Shown piece by piece: positions 9,910 through 18,376 of a stretch of 64,000 nt of DNA (position 1 is its first letter; every line of letters begins with the position of its first letter). Origin of the DNA: Methanothrix sp. Lineage in GTDB: Archaea; Halobacteriota; Methanosarcinia; Methanotrichales; Methanotrichaceae. Both the position numbers and the translations under genes were made by a program. Location: positions 1,472,001-1,536,000 of the forward strand of contig OY821645.1 of NCBI GenBank assembly GCA_963682135.1, in the 5' to 3' direction. Below the pieces are notes generated by a model. The model was not told the origin of the DNA, did not search any database, and saw nothing but the letters and a program-made list of their open reading frames with translations.

Positions 9910-12900
9910 CTAATTGATCGCTATCGTATCCGCATAGACTACTCTTCGGCCATCATTTCCTGGAGCGTCACTGTCCTTTGGGAAGGCCTCATATTCTTTT
10001 ATCACAAGGCGCATCCGATTCCCTCGAAGCTGAACTTTTGAAACCTCCAGGTTCGCACTCCAGATAAAGTATTCCGGATCATAACCTGGTTCTCCTGGCT
10101 GCGGGCCCAATCGCGGGAAGATGGTTATTTCCTTCTTCTTCCAGCCCAGTGGCTCTTCACCGGCTTGATTGTCCAAATCATTTATTTCCGCAATCAATTC
10201 GATCTCCGTATGCTGAATTGCGCTATTTTCGCCTACTGGCTTATAGCCCTCCAGTTTTACGGTTATGATTGATATTAGGCTATTGCCAGGTTTTGGTTGG
10301 CGAGTGAATGTGAGTATCCTGGTTGGTACGATCTGAATGAACTCGGTCAAGACAACCGACGAGATCTTGGCATCGTCCTTCAATGACGTCGCGGGCGTAG
10401 GAACAGAATGGGACTGATAGCGTGCAAGAGCCAGACGGATGAATGGATAGTAAGCTTTTATCTTCCTCATATCCAGTTGTATATCTGCATACCAGCGGTC
10501 CTGCTCTTTTCCATATTTTACGTCAAATGCTGCTATATCCACTTTTGCGCTGGGAGATTCAATTAAATGGCAATCATAGTCGTATTCAGGAGCACTGGTC
10601 TTGCCATCCTTTTCCGGGACGAGGAAGTCGTTTGCCGTCAGAGAGTAATTGCTGCCACCGGAAGCCCAGACCGGGTCTTTGCCGAATAAAGTGACCAAAT
10701 GCCCTATCTTTAGCAGTTTTCCTGCGCTGTCCTCCATAATCTCTCCAGGCCTCAGCAGGACCACGGCGATCTGTTCGTCGGGACCGGAGGCGAACCAGGG
10801 CCTTTCCAGGTATATTCTGAGCCCACCACCCAGGCGAGTGCGTACAAAGCCATTGAGAATCTCCGATTGAGTCCAGGCGAATGTCGGGATTACATAGGCC
10901 ACCTTAGGAGCTGGCGGTCTGGTGGAGTTGGGAATATCTACTCTAACCGGTTTGCCGGTTATGGTGTGGTTATCGACCTCATATCTTAATTTTTTTTCTT
11001 TTTCTTCCGGTGCGTCTGATGTGTTCGGATTGGGCGGGAAATACTCTCTAAATCGTGTAGTTGCCCTCATGCTATAATAGACCCAGTGGTGGTTGGTGTC
11101 GCCAATCTGGTGGCATGCGGAAAGGTCGTATTTCAGATTAACCGAGCTGATGATTGTCTCATCTACAAACTGATTATGTTGACGCGTCTTAAGCTTGCCT
11201 TCAACATCAACCGGACTGCCATTCAGGGGATCATCCCATGGGTCCTCCCAATTGGCCATCAGTTCTATTTTGCCCGTGCTGGCTACATTCAGATCCATGC
11301 CGCTCTTGATAATGACCGACGTTTCATTTACTTGTTTACGGATGTTAATCAGCATGCTGAATCCAGGTGCTTGCAGCGGTTTGTCTACGGCATGCACTAG
11401 TGTCAATGTGCGGTACGGCGTGAGCATCCAGAGCAGGCCGAGCAGAGCATTCATATCATTGATGAAGGGGTTATCTGTTAGCTCCTTGAGCCACTTCCAG
11501 ACGCCGAGGTAACTCAGAATGGACGGATTGAGCAGACTGCTGCAACGAAGATCGAGGACCTGCGCCTTTTTCAGGAATATGGATAACTCTCGGCAGGATG
11601 CGTCCCATTGGATCATGCCCTGTCCAATTTCTTTGGCTTTCTTAAGGACCAATCTAAAAGGAGAATAATCGGGCCATGTTGGATTGACACCGTTTTTCTC
11701 TGAATATCGCACACGTGCGGTGAATATATCTCCGGTATTTTTCACCATATCAGGCGGCAGTTTGGCGGCAATTTCATTTAGATTTTCTGGCCAGTGCCAT
11801 TCGCCCGGACGGGGTATCTCGGATAGATTCTTGCCATACCAGAATACCGCCCCCAGAACTCCTGGATCGGGCAGGTAGGGCAGTTGTAGCTTCTGCTCTT
11901 CCTGTACATCTTTCAGGACTCCTTTCTCCTTTGAAGCCACTCTAAAAGCCGATTCAAAATCACCGGTCTTCAGCCACTTATCCAGTGCACCGCTTTTTTC
12001 CGCCATGTCGATTGACGTTTTTGGAGGTACTATATGGCGCTCAGAAGGACTATCAACGACCATAGGCGGCAATGAAGCCTCCTTCGCATCATCCTCGAAG
12101 TTGCGGGCAGCATCTGTATTGGTGTAGCTGCGAATGACCATGCGTTCCAGGGATTCTCCTTCAATAAACAAATAGCGCGGGACAATCACAGGTGGGCTTA
12201 AGGGCTCATACCTCTGGAAAATCAGCTCGTCAGAGGCATATCGAGATACCTGGGAGCCGTATTGAAGACCATTGCCAGCCAGGTCCACCGCCCTCGCTCG
12301 CAGGCGATACTTTCTGCCGAAGCGAAGGATTGGCAAGCTCTTCGGCGGGACGCTGTAGTGTGCCTCAAAGGGAAACGTAGGCACAGAGTCATTCTCTTCA
12401 TTGACATGCTTGGCGTTGGCATAATGATCCAGCCTTTCGCTGGCGGACTGCGCGGCAAGTCCCGGGAGCTTGACTACGAGGCTCCAGCCGTTCCACTGCA
12501 TGACCGCTTCATGAAGGCGCTCTTGGTCCGACTTCTTGCAGGTAGAGGTACTGCTTGTGCTTTTTATAAAACCCTCGTCAGTGTCGTTCAAATTCATGGT
12601 GGCGAGCCCGGCATTGGGAAAGATAATATTGCCTGCCCTTCGGCATAGAGAGCGCCACGAGGAGCCCGTGTCCAGTGAATCGAGAATATCGAGCCGGTAG
12701 CCTCTCAAAAGGTCGTCCCAGTAAAACTCGATATCGCACTCGCCTCCTTCACTGCTGGAGCTGGATACGGCGATCTTTTCCAGAGCCGCGTTCAATTCTT
12801 TGTTGCGTCTCAGGCGGTCCATCAGGCCTTCTTTCCGGCCTGCCCGGACCAGTGATATTCCTGCAGAACGAAGGGCTGGCAATCCGATCTCATTGGGTTG

Positions 12901-13911
12901 ATTTACATAATCATGAACAGAATTTTCGTATATGTTGGCGATGGTGCAAGAGAGGTTCTTGAGTTTGATGGCGGCTCCATCCATATCGAATTGCACTAGG
13001 TCGTACTTGGTTCGATAACTGGTCTGAATATCGCTTACATGCTGAAGATCGAGGTATCCTTCAATTATCTCGCTGCCGGATTTGCTCTGCGCCCGGAAAT
13101 CTTTGTCCGTTAAGATATAATTGGTGTAGGGTGTGACATTGCGCGGCTGGGTGTATGTGCCCGGCGTATTCCACTTATTGCCCATGCCTGACCACTTCAG
13201 TCCTATCCTCAGTTTGCCGTTCTTGCTCGTGATCGAATTCATTGGAAGCTCAAAGTCGATGATCAGGCCGAGCTTTCGCAATGCAGCAGGATGGTCGCCC
13301 AGAGCTGAGATCAGTTGATGGAAATCAAATATGGGTGGATCAATAGGTTTGTCCTTTAATTCGCAGTCAAAAAAGTCCTGAACCTCGGGAAATGATGGGA
13401 AATAATCCCCGTCCATTTCCCTCAATATCATTAGAGGATCGTCGTATACGAATTTAAAAGAATCTTCTTTGCGCCTAATGGGGATTAGTGAGATGGGAGA
13501 CGCGTTTGCTGTTAATTTATAAATATCCCTTATTGACCCGATAGCGCTGCGCACCGGATATGTTTTAAACTCCCGACTGCTGTAGTCCTTAAATTGGTAA
13601 GGCTCAACCAGCGTCTCTCTGGGAAATAGACCTTTCCAATATTTGCTGGCATCCTTATCTATAAAGGGCTTGACAATAAAGGATTTGCCGCTGCCCGCGG
13701 GAAAATTGATAGAGAACACGAGGTCCCTCAATACGCCCGGCCAGTCCAGGAAACAGGGAAAATCTTTTAGCGTCGTCTCATTTTTCCAATATAGGCGCGG
13801 AGACACAAAAACAGATAGGTATGCTAGATTGTCCTTTGTCCCATTGGGCAATGCCGACCACATGATCACCGGACCGTTGATTAGCGATTTAATTGGAATT
13901 TTATTTGGCAT
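9910..13911 (-). CDS. Giant hypothetical protein (~1333 aa) with FN3/Ig-like segments; gene 2 of an uncharacterised pair
   Basis: Long ORF; ATG 13911 is 1 nt after upstream TAA; motifs WSALPNG, LSVFVSPRL, LRFGRKYRLRARAVDLAGN, GGGLRIYLERPWF, RLALARYQ. Confidence 0.85.
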   Translation of the reverse strand: MPNKIPIKSLINGPVIMWSALPNGTKDNLAYLSVFVSPRLYWKNETTLKDFPCFLDWPGVLRDLVFSINFPAGSGKSFIVKPFIDKDASKYWKGLFPRETLVEPYQFKDYSSREFKTYPVRSAIGSIRDIYKLTANASPISLIPIRRKEDSFKFVYDDPLMILREMDGDYFPSFPEVQDFFDCELKDKPIDPPIFDFHQLISALGDHPAALRKLGLIIDFELPMNSITSKNGKLRIGLKWSGMGNKWNTPGTYTQPRNVTPYTNYILTDKDFRAQSKSGSEIIEGYLDLQHVSDIQTSYRTKYDLVQFDMDGAAIKLKNLSCTIANIYENSVHDYVNQPNEIGLPALRSAGISLVRAGRKEGLMDRLRRNKELNAALEKIAVSSSSSEGGECDIEFYWDDLLRGYRLDILDSLDTGSSWRSLCRRAGNIIFPNAGLATMNLNDTDEGFIKSTSSTSTCKKSDQERLHEAVMQWNGWSLVVKLPGLAAQSASERLDHYANAKHVNEENDSVPTFPFEAHYSVPPKSLPILRFGRKYRLRARAVDLAGNGLQYGSQVSRYASDELIFQRYEPLSPPVIVPRYLFIEGESLERMVIRSYTNTDAARNFEDDAKEASLPPMVVDSPSERHIVPPKTSIDMAEKSGALDKWLKTGDFESAFRVASKEKGVLKDVQEEQKLQLPYLPDPGVLGAVFWYGKNLSEIPRPGEWHWPENLNEIAAKLPPDMVKNTGDIFTARVRYSEKNGVNPTWPDYSPFRLVLKKAKEIGQGMIQWDASCRELSIFLKKAQVLDLRCSSLLNPSILSYLGVWKWLKELTDNPFINDMNALLGLLWMLTPYRTLTLVHAVDKPLQAPGFSMLINIRKQVNETSVIIKSGMDLNVASTGKIELMANWEDPWDDPLNGSPVDVEGKLKTRQHNQFVDETIISSVNLKYDLSACHQIGDTNHHWVYYSMRATTRFREYFPPNPNTSDAPEEKEKKLRYEVDNHTITGKPVRVDIPNSTRPPAPKVAYVIPTFAWTQSEILNGFVRTRLGGGLRIYLERPWFASGPDEQIAVVLLRPGEIMEDSAGKLLKIGHLVTLFGKDPVWASGGSNYSLTANDFLVPEKDGKTSAPEYDYDCHLIESPSAKVDIAAFDVKYGKEQDRWYADIQLDMRKIKAYYPFIRLALARYQSHSVPTPATSLKDDAKISSVVLTEFIQIVPTRILTFTRQPKPGNSLISIITVKLEGYKPVGENSAIQHTEIELIAEINDLDNQAGEEPLGWKKKEITIFPRLGPQPGEPGYDPEYFIWSANLEVSKVQLRGNRMRLVIKEYEAFPKDSDAPGNDGRRVVYADTIAIN

Positions 13912-13912
13912 A

Positions 13913-16900
13913 TTACCATCCCACAAAAGCTAAACAGTATTCCTTCCAGGGCTCTACCAGATTTGCATTCTTAATCGGTTTTATAATGATCGAAACCGGC
14001 CTGTATGGCTTCAAAACCAGTCTCGTCAAAGCAATGAAGACCGATTTGTCTGAGGGCTCTCCAGATATCGAATCAAAGAAGAAAGCATATCCTGCTTTTA
14101 TCGGATCAAGGAATAACAGGCGATGCTTCTGATCTTCGAGGATAAGCTGGCCGTTAGGTGCATATATCTGGTAGGGTGCCATCACATCCTCGAAGGTCGG
14201 ATCTCCCGATGAACCGGCAAACTTGCGCTCGCATGAGATCTCCACAGAGGTGCTGAAGAATAGAATATCTACTTCGACGGTTATGCTCGCCCGGCCCACA
14301 GCCTTGCCATTTTCATAACCAAGTGTCATATAAAGTTCGATGGAGGCGCTGATGAGGCCCAGGACATCCACCTCGCCACCCATGCGAAGGTATCCATATA
14401 AATTGGTAGGGGCAGTGCTGAGATATTTGATATATATGCCGCCCATGACATAGATTCCACCGCTAGCGACTCCGAAGTTTACGGAGACTGTAGCCCCGAA
14501 CTCCAAAGAAAGCTCCAGCACCACTAGCTGCTTGGTTGTCATCTCCAGAGCCAGAAATCCTCCCCCTCCAAAGATTCCAACGGAAAGAGTGAAAGGCGAA
14601 TGCCTTTGGGCGAAGTTGAAACGCACAATTGCCGAAATATCGTGGAAAGGCAGTTCGAGTCCAGCAGCAAAGCTGATATTTTGCAGGCTGAAGATGCCGA
14701 TGGCAATGGTTGGAAGGGAAAGGCTGTAGCCGCAAGAAATTCCACTTCCAGTTACTTCCAAATAGGGCGGATCGCTGAAGCCATTTCCCGGAATATATCT
14801 GGAAAGTTCCTGCAAATAATCCAGGGGAGAGGCGAAAACAACATCAACGTCTGCAATGACATCCGGTTTGCGGCCGGTGTTCTTCACAAAACTGAGGCTC
14901 TTGAAGTTCAGGCTTATCAATTTGAAATCCAGTATAAAACTGGAGATCGTTGCTTTCATGGTCGTTTGGGATGAATCCTGACTACCTCTCGGAATCTTGG
15001 CCTCGATCAGCAGGTCCAGATTTGTGTTAAGAGCTGGATTCCTGGGATCATTAGGGTCATTGATGGTTTTGAATATGGAGTCTGTTGATCGCAGCGGTAT
15101 ATTGTTCCAGGAGATGGTATGCACCAGATTATCCCCACTCTGGGTTATCATCTTGGGGAATCCGTCAAGATCGCTTTCGCTTAGCAGACTCTTCAGGTCG
15201 AATTGGCCCAGGAGCCTGGCTGCCATGCCTTCAAATATCGATGGAGAGAACTTGCCGCTATCGAGTGCGCTAAGATCGCCTGCCGCCGGGCCGATCTCCC
15301 GGGACAGTCCCTTTATCTCCATATTCGGGGTAAAGAGTCCGCCCGAGCGAGATGAAGGAAACCACAGAATAATTTCTGATGATTGATAGAGGTCGTTTGC
15401 CCCCTGCCAGTCGACATATATGATCTCGGCATAAACCTGTCCAGGACCGCTTTTATCCTGCAGGTATGGCAGATGATAGCCGATAGTTGTGTTCTCAGTA
15501 TTACCGGTGAAGTGCTCCAGCTCGGGGATGAAGACATCGGCGCTGAGCAGAGCCGGGAAGAAAACAGGCTTTCCCATGTAAGCAAGCAGATCCATCTTGG
15601 GACGGTCATCTATGGGCATGGTAAATGCAGGAGGCATCAGCGCACCAAAGCGAATTTTGTGCGTTTCATAGCTGGTTCCTCCTTTGCCCTCCAGGGGAGT
15701 GGCATAAGTAAGCATCTGCCCAACGAAATCACAGGTGCGGCGCGTTCTCCATCGATTTGCCTTATCACTGCTGGATCCGTCCGCAGAGAGGTTGAACTTA
15801 TCAATATATGGCCCCAAAACGGCGGATCTATTTGTCTCCTGGCCTACGAAGAGCAGTGGCACATCGAACTCGATCTCGTGGCCTCCCAGGTCAATGGCCA
15901 GAATGTGGAAGTTGTAGTCCTGGCCTTCAACCATCGGCCAGAATAGCGATTGCCCATCGTCGCTCAGGTCCGAGTTGGCAGGAAGATCCAGATCAGGTGT
16001 GACCAGGTTTTGTATGCGAATCGATTTGAACGGAAAGAAATTTCGAACTATTATTTTTTCATCGCTTTGATTTGTTGGGTGTTTGACCGTCAGATCGCCG
16101 ACCTTGGTCTGATAATATGGGAAGGGAAGAATATCATTATCAGGGTAATTCTTTTGCGGCTCGCGAATAACGATAAACATGCGCTGGCGCAGGTATGCCG
16201 CTTTTCCGCTGCCGTCCTTTTCCAGCTCTCGCGCCGTGACTTTGACCAAGGCGGCTCGATGGCCGAAGGGAAACAGGAACCCCTCGTAGACTATGCGGCA
16301 GTAATGATCGCGGCCCATAGTGGCGTGATGGCACCATTCGGAAACGGAGAGAGCTTGTCCCCTGCCCATGCGGGACAGCATTCTTACATCCCAGCTTCCT
16401 CGCAGGTCCAGCCAGGCACCAAGGGCGGAGAGCATCAAGCGGTTTGCATCTATAGGTTTAGTGATTGGAGCAAGGTTGGTATTGGAACTCAATTGGACCA
16501 GATTAAACCTGTCTGCAGCATCCAGTGACATGCGGAATGGTTTCTCTTGGTGAGCAGGGCCGCTATTGGCTTCAAAGTTCGATCCGGAAAGATAATCTTT
16601 GTTTATCGCATCTGTGGACCAGCAGGCCCTGATCTTCGCCAGGTTGTCCCGGACAATGCCATTCTCATCTTTGGCAGACAGTCGGGTGTGCCATAGCTCT
16701 GTTCGGTCCGATGGGGAAGCCACGGGAATCGAGGCATGGTCCCAGCAGCTATTCTCGACCGGCGAGATCAGCAGGTGAAAGGGTGCTTCGATAAAGGATA
16801 CATATTGGCTTGTCAGCCATGGATGCTGAACTCCCTGAGGAGGGATGCTCAAATCCATTTCCTGGATGGCTTTCAGCAGGCTTTCCAGGGTAAATACGAT

Positions 16901-17545
16901 TGAATGATCGGGATTTTTCTCCAGGTAACTATTGGCGAGGAATACCAGATAGCTCGGGCCGGAGAGAAGAGCCTTTGCCGGCGTATGAGGTGCTTCTTCG
17001 GTGGGAGAGATATTAAACCACGAATCAGATTCTCCCGTGATTATGCATAGAGGTATGTAGGTTGGATTTGGGTTATTAGGGTCCAGCTTGGACAGTTCCC
17101 ATCTGTTGGAATTAATCTTGGAGACGCGACATTTTTGCGGCAGATAGATGCCCAGCTGGTCCGCCACCATCTTTGGGAAATCGCCCAGATCGACTTCGTT
17201 TTGTCCAGCGCTGTCCAGTACATTCTTGATTCCCCACGCCCAAATCCGGAAATTGAGTTTTCCGGAGGACTTGAAGAATGCCTCTTCGCCGATATGCTGA
17301 GGTGGAAACTTTATCTTGATGGCGCACCTCTTGCCGGGATCGCTGATCACCAGCTTTTGAGGGCTGCTTCCTGTCAAAGCAAAATTTTCAAAATATATAT
17401 CCAAAATCAGCATGTCTTTGGGACGCACGATTGAAAAGGGAATCCCTGGATCGATTACATCAGCTTTAATTGGTGCAAAATTATAATCGGATTGAATATG
17501 ATCCGGTCTATTTATATCTGCAGCAAAGGGCAATTTATCAGACAT
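13913..17545 (-). CDS. Giant hypothetical protein (1210 aa) with C-terminal Gly-rich amphipathic beta-strand array (DUF6603-like); gene 1 of pair
   Basis: Long ORF with GAGGT RBS; motifs RPKDMLIL, FPPQHI, TELWHTRL, GRDHY..IVYEGFLFPFGH; C-terminal GGGGFL...GGEVDVLGLISASIELY. Confidence 0.85.
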   Translation of the reverse strand: MSDKLPFAADINRPDHIQSDYNFAPIKADVIDPGIPFSIVRPKDMLILDIYFENFALTGSSPQKLVISDPGKRCAIKIKFPPQHIGEEAFFKSSGKLNFRIWAWGIKNVLDSAGQNEVDLGDFPKMVADQLGIYLPQKCRVSKINSNRWELSKLDPNNPNPTYIPLCIITGESDSWFNISPTEEAPHTPAKALLSGPSYLVFLANSYLEKNPDHSIVFTLESLLKAIQEMDLSIPPQGVQHPWLTSQYVSFIEAPFHLLISPVENSCWDHASIPVASPSDRTELWHTRLSAKDENGIVRDNLAKIRACWSTDAINKDYLSGSNFEANSGPAHQEKPFRMSLDAADRFNLVQLSSNTNLAPITKPIDANRLMLSALGAWLDLRGSWDVRMLSRMGRGQALSVSEWCHHATMGRDHYCRIVYEGFLFPFGHRAALVKVTARELEKDGSGKAAYLRQRMFIVIREPQKNYPDNDILPFPYYQTKVGDLTVKHPTNQSDEKIIVRNFFPFKSIRIQNLVTPDLDLPANSDLSDDGQSLFWPMVEGQDYNFHILAIDLGGHEIEFDVPLLFVGQETNRSAVLGPYIDKFNLSADGSSSDKANRWRTRRTCDFVGQMLTYATPLEGKGGTSYETHKIRFGALMPPAFTMPIDDRPKMDLLAYMGKPVFFPALLSADVFIPELEHFTGNTENTTIGYHLPYLQDKSGPGQVYAEIIYVDWQGANDLYQSSEIILWFPSSRSGGLFTPNMEIKGLSREIGPAAGDLSALDSGKFSPSIFEGMAARLLGQFDLKSLLSESDLDGFPKMITQSGDNLVHTISWNNIPLRSTDSIFKTINDPNDPRNPALNTNLDLLIEAKIPRGSQDSSQTTMKATISSFILDFKLISLNFKSLSFVKNTGRKPDVIADVDVVFASPLDYLQELSRYIPGNGFSDPPYLEVTGSGISCGYSLSLPTIAIGIFSLQNISFAAGLELPFHDISAIVRFNFAQRHSPFTLSVGIFGGGGFLALEMTTKQLVVLELSLEFGATVSVNFGVASGGIYVMGGIYIKYLSTAPTNLYGYLRMGGEVDVLGLISASIELYMTLGYENGKAVGRASITVEVDILFFSTSVEISCERKFAGSSGDPTFEDVMAPYQIYAPNGQLILEDQKHRLLFLDPIKAGYAFFFDSISGEPSDKSVFIALTRLVLKPYRPVSIIIKPIKNANLVEPWKEYCLAFVGW

Positions 17546-17629
17546 ATATTACCTCTCTTTCAATTACCTCTCCCCAAGTGGTAGAGAGAAAACTATCAGC
17601 CTGCCGATATATTACTTCAATTCCGTCAT

Positions 17630-17646
17630 TTACTATTTAAAACTTT
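17630..17646 (-). promoter_or_regulatory. Putative BRE/TATA for the giant-gene operon
   Basis: Minus strand aaagTTTTAAATAg in an AT-rich tract ~90 nt upstream of ATG 17545. Confidence 0.4.
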
Positions 17647-17799
17647 TGAATAAATTATCAAAATTATTTTTTAAAAATTTTTTGATTTACCCCGCAAACG
17701 AGCGAAATCTCGACGAATAAGAAAGATTAATAATGTTATTTTAGAATAATTTTGCGGTGACGATTATATCGTGATACTACCATTTTCCCATTCCGACCT

Positions 17800-17979
17800 C
17801 TCTCCAAAATGATGTTGCGGTTCAGCCGACTTGAAGCTGCGGTCACAGATGAAGCGGATCTTGTAGCGCTGCAATTCCAGGTGGTTGCTCCGGGCTACGG
17901 CGAGCACCTCCACGGGAGCGACCATGAGGCTGTTGGTCTCGGGGGCCAGGGAGACGGCGTGGTGTAGTTCGATTTCGAT
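17800..17979 (-). pseudogene. Decayed 5' fragment of a Methanothrix-type hypothetical gene (possibly inactivated RadA-like, PolB2-associated family)
   Basis: IEIELHHAVSL...LELQRYKIRFIC continues in a shifted frame as SRLNRNI (17811-17831); start appears as ATC; family match is from memory only. Confidence 0.4.
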
Positions 17980-17983
17980 GATA

Positions 17984-18006
17984 GGATATGGGTGGATATG
18001 GGTGGA
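17984..18006. repeat. 10-bp tandem repeat GGATATGGGT x2.3
   Basis: ggatatgggt ggatatgggt gga read directly. Confidence 0.8.
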
Positions 18007-18214
18007 CCCGGGGGATATGAGGGCGATGCAAGGGGGCGGGGCGAAAGTGAAGGGCGCAATCCGCAAAATGAAGGCATAGTGATGGATACAGGGCCTTAAT
18101 AACAATTTACAGAAAATTAGTTAAGCTGCCATATGTTTTAAAATTAATAATTTTTGTCCAATCAGCCCCAGCTATCAGTCAAATCTATAAACCAAGAGCG
18201 ACCTGTATCCTCTC

Positions 18215-18307
18215 ATGGACATAATGACTATCGCCTTTTACGCCATCCTTTTCATCATCGCTTTCATGATCGCCCGCATCATCATGAAAATCATGCGCGG
18301 CTACTAG
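18215..18307 (+). CDS. 30-aa single-pass membrane small protein MDIMTIAFYAILFIIAFMIARIIMKIMRGY
   Basis: TATAAA at 18186-18191 ~24 nt upstream (leaderless geometry); C-ending codon bias (ATC/TTC/GCC); TM helix plus basic C-terminus. Confidence 0.7.
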   Translation: MDIMTIAFYAILFIIAFMIARIIMKIMRGY

Positions 18308-18376
18308 GCCGGGCCAGCGGACTTTGGCAGACGGGCAAGGCCCGGAAAGGGCTAAGCGACAGACTTAATATTTGCG

